This document shows, in pieces, positions 1-9,269 of a stretch of DNA of 28,295 nt. How positions within the stretch are numbered: the stretch's first letter is position 1; every line of letters starts with the position of its first letter. The translations under genes were made by a program, and so were the position numbers. Source of the DNA: a virus (taxonomy: Duplodnaviria > Caudoviricetes). The stretch covers positions 1 to 28,295 of the IMG/VR virus record IMGVR_UViG_3300044724_009130; one strand, written 5' to 3'. The notes below the pieces were generated by a model, which ran no database searches, was not told the origin of the DNA, and saw only the letters and a program-made list of their open reading frames with translations.

Positions 1-97
1 CAACACCAACATAATATCGGTCATTTGCACTAGTAATTTCATTGTATACTGTATCAAGTAGTTGTTTCTTAAATCTATTTGTTACAATTGCAGCCAT
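1..97 (-). CDS. gp8: Baseplate wedge subunit gp8, N-terminal fragment (runs off the window)
   Basis: Not in the ORF track. ATG at 97 reads MAAIVTNRFKKQLLDTVYNEITSANDRYYVGV, which resembles gp8 N-termini of marine T4-like phages. It has an AGGA SD and sits in the baseplate operon. Confidence 0.7.
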   Translation of the reverse strand, partial: MAAIVTNRFKKQLLDTVYNEITSANDRYYVGV

Positions 98-109
98 TTT
101 TATTTCCTA

Positions 110-1117
110 TTAAGTAATTGTGATATATGAGTCTGATGTGTCAGCAATCATATACCAATCATTCCCTGACCATATAATTTGTGTTGCACCATATTGGGCA
201 ATCGAAAAAGAAGTTCCTTGAGCAAAGCTAGTAGGAGTAACAGTAGCTAATCCTGTATTCTGGTTAATCATTGTTTTCATTTCACCAGTTACTGTACCAT
301 CGGCTAATGTAGCAGCTAATGCAGTTGATTTACTAAAGATAATAAATGAAGATGTTGTACTAACTGCACCGTTTGCAGTTTGGACTGCCGGTACTAATCC
401 TATCTTTGATGGTCGTACTGCACCTGTACCTTTGCTAGTAAGATTTAAATTTACATTTGTATCTGTACCGGTTACGGAAATAGTTGGACCAGATGATGCA
501 GCAGCATTAGCAATTGTAATTTCATTAACTGCTGATGGTGTAGCAGTTAGCTTAATTAATTCTGCGCCATTCGAATCATCAATTCTACTACCAATTGTAG
601 GTGCAATAATTGTAGGTGCCGATAATGTTTTATTCGTAAGCGTACTGACAGAAGTATTTGTAACTATCGTATCACTATCAGAAAGAGAAGGAAAATTTAG
701 ATTAATGTTTTTCGACATTAAACTAGCATCGATTGGTACGAATGAATAAAAATATGTAGCGCCGGCAGAATCAGCAATGTCTGGATGTATTAGCTTGGCA
801 TCACTTATTGTTTTGTTGGCCATTGTTTGAGTAGCGCTATCAACAATAATCTCCCCAGTATAATTAGGGATTGTAACCGTACGATCCGCAGTAGGATCTT
901 CTACAACAAGACGTGTCTCGAAGTTATCGATACTTGATCCTTCGAAGATAATGCCGTCACTATCAAATTGAATACCTGGCATTAAGATATTACTATCTCC
1001 GCCAAATCTTTGATAGATCTCTACAAAATTTTGGTTAATCTTGGTACCACTTTGACGAAGGGTATCCCCAGTCCCGTCATTGGCATTTGTACCGATATTA
1101 ATATTTTGTCTTGTCAT
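110..1117 (-). CDS. Baseplate/tail-fibre connector protein with gp9/gp10-type N-terminal motif
   Basis: N-terminus MTRQNINIGTNANDGTGDTLR...KINQNFVEIY is the gp9/gp10 signature. It also has (Q/S)T(M/L)xNKT repeats and a DPTADRTVTIPN motif typical of marine phage fibre/structural proteins. Confidence 0.75.
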   Translation of the reverse strand: MTRQNINIGTNANDGTGDTLRQSGTKINQNFVEIYQRFGGDSNILMPGIQFDSDGIIFEGSSIDNFETRLVVEDPTADRTVTIPNYTGEIIVDSATQTMANKTISDAKLIHPDIADSAGATYFYSFVPIDASLMSKNINLNFPSLSDSDTIVTNTSVSTLTNKTLSAPTIIAPTIGSRIDDSNGAELIKLTATPSAVNEITIANAAASSGPTISVTGTDTNVNLNLTSKGTGAVRPSKIGLVPAVQTANGAVSTTSSFIIFSKSTALAATLADGTVTGEMKTMINQNTGLATVTPTSFAQGTSFSIAQYGATQIIWSGNDWYMIADTSDSYITIT

Positions 1118-1145
1118 TTTCGATCCTATATAGAATTCTTAGTTC

Positions 1146-1153
1146 TATTTATA
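1146..1153 (-). promoter_or_regulatory. T4-type late promoter TATAAATA
   Basis: Exact TATAAATA on the minus strand in the short gap upstream of the gp9/10-like gene. Confidence 0.8.
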
Positions 1154-2092
1154 CTAGTAAGCAGAGTCACTTGCATATCTTGTGAACATATTATTGTCCA
1201 TAGTTTCTAGAGAGAGTGACATAAGCGGAGTATTTGAATCTGCGCTGTCATCCATAGTAAACGAATTAGGACTAATAAATTCAGCAATTGATGAATAATA
1301 ATTATTAATTTGCTGAGCGGTAAGGGTTGAATAAAGATTTGCTAACTGATCAATATTATATCTAATTCCTACGCCCTCCGAATCTGTAAGTCCTGTTGTT
1401 GAACTGAGTAGACTGATATCGATATTAGCTTCACCAATAAGACTGATAAATGCTGAATCTGCCAATGCAATAGGCATATCATCAAATCCTAGATTTGCCT
1501 CGCCTTCTACAGCAACAATACCCTCGAAATAAAATCCTGCTGGGTGTGCAAACTTTTTATATAATTCTCTATATGTTGGAACGCCAAGTCCAACCTTAAG
1601 AAGAATAGAAAAGATCTGATATCTTTTATAGTCCTGAATAAATTTTTGTGAATCATAACCAATTGCATCTCTACCAACAGTAAAAATATCTACTTTAGGA
1701 TATAATACTTCTACCTCTTGCTGAAAGAATGCTCTAAAAAATTCCTCTACAGCAAATCTAGAACCTTTATTCCTATAGTGATCAGCGAACCTTCTTGATG
1801 TAAAACGTGGATTGTTAAACAAATCACCGTTTTGTAATCCAGCACCTAGCTCAGCAATAACCTGATCTAGATACTCTGAAGGGGTTTCAGTAATATCTCT
1901 TATACTGAAAAGCTGATTAATTTCTGTTTCAAATGCAGATCCACCATCAGAATCTAGAAAGTCATAGTAATATTCTAGAAACTGAACTAGATTAGGATAA
2001 TCTGAAGTAAAGTGTTCTGGAAGTACTTCTTTAACACTTCTATTATGCAGATTAGTTAATCTACGACCTACATTTTCGAGCTTATGTGTCAT
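1154..2092 (-). CDS. Baseplate wedge subunit, short gp7-like
   Basis: Follows gp6. Motifs LPEHFxxDYPNLVQFLEYYYDFL, YRNKGS and HPAGF are typical of gp7-like wedge proteins. Confidence 0.7.
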   Translation of the reverse strand: MTHKLENVGRRLTNLHNRSVKEVLPEHFTSDYPNLVQFLEYYYDFLDSDGGSAFETEINQLFSIRDITETPSEYLDQVIAELGAGLQNGDLFNNPRFTSRRFADHYRNKGSRFAVEEFFRAFFQQEVEVLYPKVDIFTVGRDAIGYDSQKFIQDYKRYQIFSILLKVGLGVPTYRELYKKFAHPAGFYFEGIVAVEGEANLGFDDMPIALADSAFISLIGEANIDISLLSSTTGLTDSEGVGIRYNIDQLANLYSTLTAQQINNYYSSIAEFISPNSFTMDDSADSNTPLMSLSLETMDNNMFTRYASDSAY

Positions 2093-2093
2093 G

Positions 2094-3926
2094 TTACAAT
2101 GTTAACTGCGTGTTCTGGAAATCGATTTGAGACTGAGCAAACGAGAGTTCTGGGTCAATATCAATAATATAATTTCTTAAAGGTCGAAGTGTACTTTGAT
2201 TTGTTGGCGTAGCTGTAACCTTTAATACTGATCCGCCTTCGATCGAAACTGGATTAAATCCTTGTAAAAGAACCTTGCCAGTACCGGTATCATACTCTCC
2301 AATATTATCAAGCTCTACATCGCCATCAATATTCACTAATTCTAATTTCTTTTGGTTTAGCTTATTACGTATGAAACATGTCTTGCCATTAAATTCAAAT
2401 CTACCAGTTGTTACAATTCGATCAATATTACTTGGATTTGCAATTGCCATAGGGAAGTTTAATGTATAAGTTAATGGCTGACCTGTAATTGGGGTAAATC
2501 TTTGCTGAACCCGAACGTTCATACGGGAGTTAAGAATTGCCTCATCTAGATCATCGATCAAAGATAATATAGTCGATCTTCTAAATACCTTACCAAATTT
2601 TCCTAGGTTCTGTGTAAAGTAATCCTGAATAGTAGAGAATACTAGATTTTCAGTAGCTCTTGGTGTAGCATTTGTTAGATCCGGATCAAAGTTAAAGAAT
2701 GTCTGTAACTCTAGATATGAAATTACTGATTCGGTAAATTCTGTATCGATAGACATAACTGATAAGTTATTAGTTAATTCGTTTACAATTTTATCTTTTA
2801 CTTCTGTTTGTACAACAGAAGAAATATTCGTTTTAAACTTTAAACCAACAAAAACTTTTCCATATTCAACTGGCACATTATCATTACCACCCCAAGAAAT
2901 AACATCATCAATATATGCACTATAGTTAGCTAATATTTGCGCTTTGTAATCTTCAGCAGTAACCAATCTCTGCTGCGATGCAAAATAAATGGGTGCAGTT
3001 TGTCTAATTGACTCAAGGCCTTCTTTAAATGCACCAGCAGAAGATACTGATTCTGTAACTGCTGTAATAGGATAGTTTGTACCTTCAACGTCTAGATCAC
3101 CAGTTGGTACAAATACGGAAGCACCATTCGCGGTTGGCCCTACGGTTGAAAGATAAGTAATTACAATTTTATTCCCTGCTTCAGGCGATTTACCGGTAGT
3201 TACCCCATCACCAAATAAAACTTCAAAGAAACCATTTGGTACTTCTTTAATTTGATAGTGTTTAGATTCTGTGGTAATACGTATAGCTTTTTTCAAGCTT
3301 GTATATGTTTCAAATGTGCTACTTCCAGATGTTTCATATACCTTTACTAGTAAAGATTCAGTATCGAGTGTAACATCTGGCATAACATATATTTGTGTTT
3401 CATCTGTTTCACCAACAAAGAAAGTTTTAGTTTTTTCAATTCCTTCATAGACAGGAATAGAATTACTATCTGTTTCAGTTTTAAATTCGTAAAATCCGGA
3501 TCCGTCATCTTGTGCAGAATATGATTCTAATGTTCTAAATGTATATGAAACCCCTGCCACAGATGAAGTAAAAGCTGTACCACGAGGCAGTGTAATTGTG
3601 GTCGGTCTATTTGCAGATGCAATTGTAAGAGAAATATTTAGATTAGCCTTGGATGACGTATATGAACGTGGTGTGTATCCTAATGCTTCTGCGTGAGATA
3701 CTACAGAAGCCCTCAGTTGAGCCGTATTTAAGAATGATTCGTTTAATGCAAAGTTAGCAGTAAGACCATTAAAATGGGTATTATAAGCAAGAACATCTAA
3801 AACATTAGATAAACCAGAAGCTTCGAAATTATAATCCGCAAATTCAGGTTTAGCCTTAAGATAATCCTTAAGTCTTGTTTTAACGGTATCAAAATCTAGA
3901 TCCGTAGATTTAATTGTAGTAGCCAT
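2094..3926 (-). CDS. gp6: Baseplate wedge subunit gp6
   Basis: Motifs LDFDTVK...FADYNFEASGLSNVLDVLAYNTH...ESFLNTAQLRASVVSHA and QQRLVTAEDY...WGG. Confidence 0.95.
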   Translation of the reverse strand: MATTIKSTDLDFDTVKTRLKDYLKAKPEFADYNFEASGLSNVLDVLAYNTHFNGLTANFALNESFLNTAQLRASVVSHAEALGYTPRSYTSSKANLNISLTIASANRPTTITLPRGTAFTSSVAGVSYTFRTLESYSAQDDGSGFYEFKTETDSNSIPVYEGIEKTKTFFVGETDETQIYVMPDVTLDTESLLVKVYETSGSSTFETYTSLKKAIRITTESKHYQIKEVPNGFFEVLFGDGVTTGKSPEAGNKIVITYLSTVGPTANGASVFVPTGDLDVEGTNYPITAVTESVSSAGAFKEGLESIRQTAPIYFASQQRLVTAEDYKAQILANYSAYIDDVISWGGNDNVPVEYGKVFVGLKFKTNISSVVQTEVKDKIVNELTNNLSVMSIDTEFTESVISYLELQTFFNFDPDLTNATPRATENLVFSTIQDYFTQNLGKFGKVFRRSTILSLIDDLDEAILNSRMNVRVQQRFTPITGQPLTYTLNFPMAIANPSNIDRIVTTGRFEFNGKTCFIRNKLNQKKLELVNIDGDVELDNIGEYDTGTGKVLLQGFNPVSIEGGSVLKVTATPTNQSTLRPLRNYIIDIDPELSFAQSQIDFQNTQLTL

Positions 3927-4370
3927 TTATCTTAACCTCGTTAGATCTAATTCTACAGTCTCAATTTGCTCTGTATTAATAACTTGAAAAGTAACAGTAA
4001 CTCTTGCTGAATTCAAATCCCCAATGATTGAAGATTTTACATCTAGGACCCTTGCCCTAGGCTCATATGTTTCTACTGCTTCAATTATAGCTTCTTCAGA
4101 TAATTCATCGTCAAATTCTGTATCCAAATTAAATAAAAGAGAATTTAAATCGCCACCAAAATCTGGCATAAAGGGACGTTCAGCATAGCTAGTGAGTAAT
4201 AGATTTCTAACAGCCTGTTTGACCGCCGCGGCATCTGTCTTTTTATAAATGTCTTTATCAGGTCTTTTAGTAAAAGTCAGATCTAGATCGCTATAGGTCT
4301 TTTTCCTTGCAACACGAATAGCTGAGGAACTAAGATTACCGTCTTCAATAGAAAAAGCTCTTACTGGCAT
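3927..4370 (-). CDS. gp25: Baseplate wedge subunit gp25
   Basis: Motifs YSDLDLTF, AVKQAVRNLLLT, ERPFMPDFG and YEPR; lies directly upstream of gp6. Confidence 0.95.
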   Translation of the reverse strand: MPVRAFSIEDGNLSSSAIRVARKKTYSDLDLTFTKRPDKDIYKKTDAAAVKQAVRNLLLTSYAERPFMPDFGGDLNSLLFNLDTEFDDELSEEAIIEAVETYEPRARVLDVKSSIIGDLNSARVTVTFQVINTEQIETVELDLTRLR

Positions 4371-4404
4371 TTATTTCTCTTAATTAAAAATTTACTTATA
4401 GCTC

Positions 4405-4412
4405 TATTTATC
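4405..4412 (-). promoter_or_regulatory. Probable late promoter variant GATAAATA
   Basis: One mismatch to TATAAATA, located in the gap upstream of gp25. Confidence 0.55.
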
Positions 4413-5034
4413 ATGGATACGACTGGATATTTTCTTCAACTTGGAGCTTACATTCAACTAATTCATTCGTAGATTGTACAAAATTATTAAATCTAGTTTC
4501 TACTATATTTGAATAGTTAACACCCCATGGAGATACAATCTTTGGCATAGTTAATATAATTTGAACATTTAAGACACCCGATGGATCATACGTATCGTAA
4601 TCCAATATAAGCTTATCAAAATTAATATTATCTTTCCAAAAAACAGCAAGGTCAAAGGTCTTTTCCGGATCAATCGTTCCATTTTGATTTAAAAGCTCGT
4701 ACGCGACCGCGCGCCCATCTTTCATTAAATAATTAATACCATCAACATCTAATGTTTCAGTAGGTTCTGGTCGATATAATCCTTCAGCAACTAAAAGTCT
4801 ATAATCTTTAAACTGCTCATTTTCTCTTGATACCGTAAGCATTGCATCAGCCTGAAGAAGAAGCTGCCTTGCAATTCTTTTCTTTTCATCTTCAGTCTTA
4901 ATAAAATTTAAAGTAACAGCATCACCGTATCCTCCTAAGAATTTAGCCATAGAAATACCAGGTGCTAATTTAGTACGAGAAGTAATTTCAGATTGAAAAT
5001 CTGGATTATAGTATGGATCAGGTACGTACTTCAT
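4411..5034 (-). CDS. Virion-associated protein with degenerate peptidase M15-like fold
   Basis: KLAPGISMAKF, GLYR, GRAVAYEL and FDKLILDY parallel the M15A-type motifs LSxxFTLxE, SGYR, GxAAD and FDQLILE, but the His/Asp/His zinc ligands are not seen. ATGA-coupled to gp5C. Confidence 0.45.
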   Translation of the reverse strand: MKYVPDPYYNPDFQSEITSRTKLAPGISMAKFLGGYGDAVTLNFIKTEDEKKRIARQLLLQADAMLTVSRENEQFKDYRLLVAEGLYRPEPTETLDVDGINYLMKDGRAVAYELLNQNGTIDPEKTFDLAVFWKDNINFDKLILDYDTYDPSGVLNVQIILTMPKIVSPWGVNYSNIVETRFNNFVQSTNELVECKLQVEENIQSYP

Positions 5035-6395
5035 TTTGTAAACCTCTTAGATCTACCTCTAGAAGAATTACCAATTGCGGTAAATCCTCTTTTAATACCT
5101 CCTTCATTTGGTACTGTTCTACCAATTGATGGTGGTACTGAATTCACATATGCAGGTGATAACTTACCTTCGGCAATTTGTGCCCCAACAAATTTCTTAT
5201 TTGCTAATGTTAAAGGATCTCTTAATTTAGATCTTACTTCAGGTGTTGTAAGCCTTTTTGCAGATACGCCTGCGTAGTCGACTGTCTTGTCAATTTGGTT
5301 TCTCAGAATATCACCATTATCTAGAGAAACCCTACGAACGCCTTTACTCGAAAGATTAAGATAATCGTCTATAATAAGACTATCTACCTCAACAGTAGTT
5401 TTATTTGTTGCTTCTGTATTATCGATTGTTTGTGATCCGCCGCCAGATCCTGGCCCTAATGGTGCTGATCCGGCTTGGTCTGCCGCTGCTGCAAATGATG
5501 CTTTACCATTTAATGAACCATGGAATGTAGTAGCATACATTGCAGTCGAATGTGTAGAGGTAGTATTAACCCTATCAATATGAGCTGTCTTTCCATAATA
5601 TACAATTTCATCACCGCCGAATGTTCCACTATCACCAATAACAGTCAGTGATGAAGCCCCAATATTAATATTCGGAGAAGAAAGAACAACCTCATCTTCA
5701 GCAGTCATTGTTAGAATACCACCGGTATACTGATCCGTATTTCCTTCAATGTATTGCTTTAGATTACTACGTATAAATGAATTCTTACTTCCATAAATCG
5801 TTTCAGTATCTGTCCCTAAAATATAAGCTGAATTATTCTTTTTAATAGTAGATTCTTGATTACGATGTACCTTAGTTCTTTTTGAACCCCTTACATCTTT
5901 ATCTTCGTCACCGCTAACTTGTACATTAAAATCGCCACCGACACGTAGATCGAAGTCACCACTTACATTTAGTGTGAGATTACCATTATAGGAGATCTCA
6001 CCATCACCTTCAACAATAACTTTTTCATCACCACCAGATACACGAATAGTATTATTGACAGAACTAACAATTACTGTACCATCTGCTCTTAATTCTATTC
6101 CCGCGCCCGTGCGATGCTTAAATAGCATTCTTTCAGATCCAGGTGTGTCATCAATCTCGGTAACATGTCCTGAGACGGTTTCTCTTACTTGGTTATAAGG
6201 GTATTGTGATGACAATGTATCATTTAGATCTAGGCTAATACCCTGATCTCCGCCGCCAAGATATAATTCGTTACGGATAATACCTCTTGCAGCCAAGTTA
6301 GTTGAAGCTACATTAATATATTCTTTTCGTGGGAATACTCGAGAAGGATCTTTAAATCCATCTTTCTCAATACCAATAGTTTCTTCAGTAGCCAT
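5031..6395 (-). CDS. gp5: gp5 C-terminal half (central spike beta-helix) encoded as a separate gene
   Basis: YPYNQVRETVSGHVTEIDDTPGSERM...HRTG motif, followed by VxGD/GN octapeptide-type repeats (VSGDFDLRVGGDFNVQVSGD). Confidence 0.88.
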   Translation of the reverse strand: MATEETIGIEKDGFKDPSRVFPRKEYINVASTNLAARGIIRNELYLGGGDQGISLDLNDTLSSQYPYNQVRETVSGHVTEIDDTPGSERMLFKHRTGAGIELRADGTVIVSSVNNTIRVSGGDEKVIVEGDGEISYNGNLTLNVSGDFDLRVGGDFNVQVSGDEDKDVRGSKRTKVHRNQESTIKKNNSAYILGTDTETIYGSKNSFIRSNLKQYIEGNTDQYTGGILTMTAEDEVVLSSPNINIGASSLTVIGDSGTFGGDEIVYYGKTAHIDRVNTTSTHSTAMYATTFHGSLNGKASFAAAADQAGSAPLGPGSGGGSQTIDNTEATNKTTVEVDSLIIDDYLNLSSKGVRRVSLDNGDILRNQIDKTVDYAGVSAKRLTTPEVRSKLRDPLTLANKKFVGAQIAEGKLSPAYVNSVPPSIGRTVPNEGGIKRGFTAIGNSSRGRSKRFTK

Positions 6396-8446
6396 TACTT
6401 ACTCCAAGATTTAGTTTTTTCATCATACGTATATCCATTATTAATTAGATCTGATCTTAATTCGTCTACATTTTTTATAACACTATCCAAATTTGTGAGT
6501 AGAGAATTATTTTGCAAAGTACCAGTTGCTCGTGCTGCCTCACCTAAAGTTTGATTCTGAATTAGATTCGACTGAAAGATTTTTTGTTCACGAGATAAAA
6601 TATCAGCATTCTTAACTAGTTCAGTTATTTCATTAGCCTTTAATGCTAATTCTTCTTCAGTCGGTACTTTAATTTTACCTGTTGTTGTATCAATGCCCTT
6701 TTTGGAATTACTTAATACTGTCTTAGTTGAAAGAGTCTTTGGTACACCCACAGTAGAAGGTTTTGAGATTTTCTTTGGTATTTTATTCACAGCCTCATCT
6801 GGTGATATGGCAGTTTCTCTATCTGATATAAAATCATATACTGTTGTTTTATTTCTGTTACCTCTTAAATATACTTCAACATCAAATCCTGGCGCAGATG
6901 TCGAAGGATCAATATCTCTTCTACCGACTATCTCTCCGCCAGGATAGACTTTATAAAATGCACTAACAAATGAATTAAATGAACTCCATTGATCAGAAGT
7001 AATTGATGCAGAACTTAAATATAGATCCTGGTTTGGAACTTTACGTGGTACAGTATATCCTGCAACAAATCCCACATAAACAGAATAATTATACCATTTA
7101 GTATTTTTACCAGAGGCAACAGATATTGGTCTTCCTCTTTGTATCGTACCATCTTTCTGTATTACATAATGCCATTGAATACCTCCTTCAACACCAGAGG
7201 TAACAGGATATGTTGGACCAAATTTTAATACTGAATCTTGAACTTGCAGTCTTTGAATATCCTTTGCTTCATAATAATTATTACTCCAGGTTGCTGACCA
7301 ATCTACAACGGCGGTAGTAATAACTCTAGTAGAATTTTTAAGATCAAATTCTAGTTCTTCTAAAGTGTCTACCGCTTCAAATACATAGCTATCTGGAGTT
7401 AATGCTCCTAAAAATTCATTACCTGCTACAATTGCATTAAATGGTATGTCAGATAAGGTAATTTGATTACTGGCAGAATTACTTTTTGCTACAACATTTG
7501 TTAAATTTGTATTACCATTCTCTTCAATAATATTTCCAGGATTCGAATATTCTGGTGGTATAATAACCTCTCCAGGAAATGATGGAACAGAAACGCCTAC
7601 TTTATTAGTAGTACCAACATTTCTAATTTTTCCAGCTATTGCTCCTAATAAATTACCAAAGCTAGTTCCTAATGAACCGAATCCTACTTTACTATCTGAT
7701 TGTACAGGATTACCTAATTCTTGCATAGTTTTTTGTACAATCTTCTGTGCAGTATTTGCTACATCAGTCGATATATCCTTTCCTACTGAACTTGTAGCTT
7801 TTTCTGGTATAGGAGAAGATTGTTCTAGTGCTGTCTTGATCTGGTTGTCTTTTGCTTTAATAACATTTTTTAAAGATTGATTAATACCCTTGGGATTACC
7901 AGATACAATAACAGCATTTAAGAAACCATTTGTTGCCGGTTTACCCGTAAGAGTTGTAATTTCGGAAATCTTATTTGATGTTTTTGTAACAGTAACACCT
8001 GGAACACTAGAAGTCATTTCTGCAATTACCGGTTCATCAGTAACACCAATATTCTCTTTTATATTCTCTGTTAAAGATTGAAACCCACCAAGGACGGTAC
8101 CTATAACTTCACCCATAGGTGCACCTTCTACGGACAGTCTTTCAATCTGGGAATCTAATGCCTTTGCTTCAAGTTCTACAATATTGCCAATCTGCTGAAA
8201 AGTACTTAAGTTTCCATTTAAGATTTCTTTGGCAATCTGAGGATTAAATGGTACTTTTTCCTCAACGGTATATTCTACTTTTACCTGATCATAAGCCCTT
8301 TTAAGAGTAACTGTTCTTTCTACTAGATCATAAGGAACTGAGGTAAAAAACTGAGAATCTTTTCTTTTACCCTGTACAGATACTATAGAGGTAGGTACTG
8401 AAGGCAAAATAACAATATTTGTCTGGAAGGCTCTTTCAATTGCCAT
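6395..8446 (-). CDS. Large hub-associated protein with Amidase_2/T7-lysozyme-like (PGRP-like) domain, apparently non-catalytic
   Basis: HYVIQKDGTIQRGRP, SVYVGFVAG, ITSDQWSSF and YPGGEIVGRRD...APGFDV align with the T7 lysozyme fold. The rest is helical or low-complexity. Confidence 0.75.
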   Translation of the reverse strand: MAIERAFQTNIVILPSVPTSIVSVQGKRKDSQFFTSVPYDLVERTVTLKRAYDQVKVEYTVEEKVPFNPQIAKEILNGNLSTFQQIGNIVELEAKALDSQIERLSVEGAPMGEVIGTVLGGFQSLTENIKENIGVTDEPVIAEMTSSVPGVTVTKTSNKISEITTLTGKPATNGFLNAVIVSGNPKGINQSLKNVIKAKDNQIKTALEQSSPIPEKATSSVGKDISTDVANTAQKIVQKTMQELGNPVQSDSKVGFGSLGTSFGNLLGAIAGKIRNVGTTNKVGVSVPSFPGEVIIPPEYSNPGNIIEENGNTNLTNVVAKSNSASNQITLSDIPFNAIVAGNEFLGALTPDSYVFEAVDTLEELEFDLKNSTRVITTAVVDWSATWSNNYYEAKDIQRLQVQDSVLKFGPTYPVTSGVEGGIQWHYVIQKDGTIQRGRPISVASGKNTKWYNYSVYVGFVAGYTVPRKVPNQDLYLSSASITSDQWSSFNSFVSAFYKVYPGGEIVGRRDIDPSTSAPGFDVEVYLRGNRNKTTVYDFISDRETAISPDEAVNKIPKKISKPSTVGVPKTLSTKTVLSNSKKGIDTTTGKIKVPTEEELALKANEITELVKNADILSREQKIFQSNLIQNQTLGEAARATGTLQNNSLLTNLDSVIKNVDELRSDLINNGYTYDEKTKSWSK

Positions 8447-8447
8447 T

Positions 8448-9269
8448 TTATGTTTCCATCTTTTCTAAAATTTCTTCACCAAACGAAACTCTATTTTTTG
8501 TACTTCCTGGTGCAGGTCTTTCATAGTATTCTTCGAATACTCTAGCAGCTTGTTCTACTGTCTTGGTTTTTCTTAAAAGACCTAAACCGAAATATGAATA
8601 TGAATAAAGTTCATGTTTAATAAATTCTAATTGTGGTTCAAGTTCTCTATAATTATAATTTCTTTCTCTGCAAAAATCTTGTAAGGCACCAAGTCTATTT
8701 CCAGCCTTTTTCGACGGATTCCACTGGGCAATCCCAAACGATCCTTCTGGTTCATTTAATGCTAAAGGATTTAAATCTCCTCTATTAGCATTTGCTCCTG
8801 ATTCAACCATTAGGTTTCCAATAATACCGCACACTTGTTCAGGCGTAAATTCACCACCTGCTTTTGATAAAAAGAAATTATATGTCTTTTCTACATTTGT
8901 ATTTCCAGTTAATGTTGCAACAGCTGCTTTCGTAACATCTATAGCATTTCGATTTGTTTCATATTTTGGTACTGAACCAACTACTAAAGGGATCTGAGAA
9001 TTTTTCCCATCTAAAAAAATACCAAAGATCTGTGCCATAGGTTTAATACCAGTATTAGCACCAATACCAGAACTCCCACCTTCAGTCGTTGGTGTTACAA
9101 CTTGAGCCCATGGTAGATCCTCTTCTGGAATGTCATCGATATTACCAGTATGAACCCCAAAGATTCTTATCTTTACCCTACCTAGTTCTAGTGGATCACT
9201 TATAGAAATAACATTTCCAATAAACCACCTGGTACTATCACCGTAGAAATTTTCATTCGTTGGTATCAT
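8448..9269 (-). CDS. gp5: gp5 N-terminal OB-fold fused to a phage tail lysozyme (Phage_lysozyme2-type) domain
   Basis: WFIG...DPLELGRVKIRIFGVH...LPWA is the gp5 OB fold. GIIGNLMVESG...GIAQWN...QLEFIKHEL...FEEYYERP is the tail lysozyme, with the putative catalytic Glu present. Confidence 0.9.
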   Translation of the reverse strand: MIPTNENFYGDSTRWFIGNVISISDPLELGRVKIRIFGVHTGNIDDIPEEDLPWAQVVTPTTEGGSSGIGANTGIKPMAQIFGIFLDGKNSQIPLVVGSVPKYETNRNAIDVTKAAVATLTGNTNVEKTYNFFLSKAGGEFTPEQVCGIIGNLMVESGANANRGDLNPLALNEPEGSFGIAQWNPSKKAGNRLGALQDFCRERNYNYRELEPQLEFIKHELYSYSYFGLGLLRKTKTVEQAARVFEEYYERPAPGSTKNRVSFGEEILEKMET

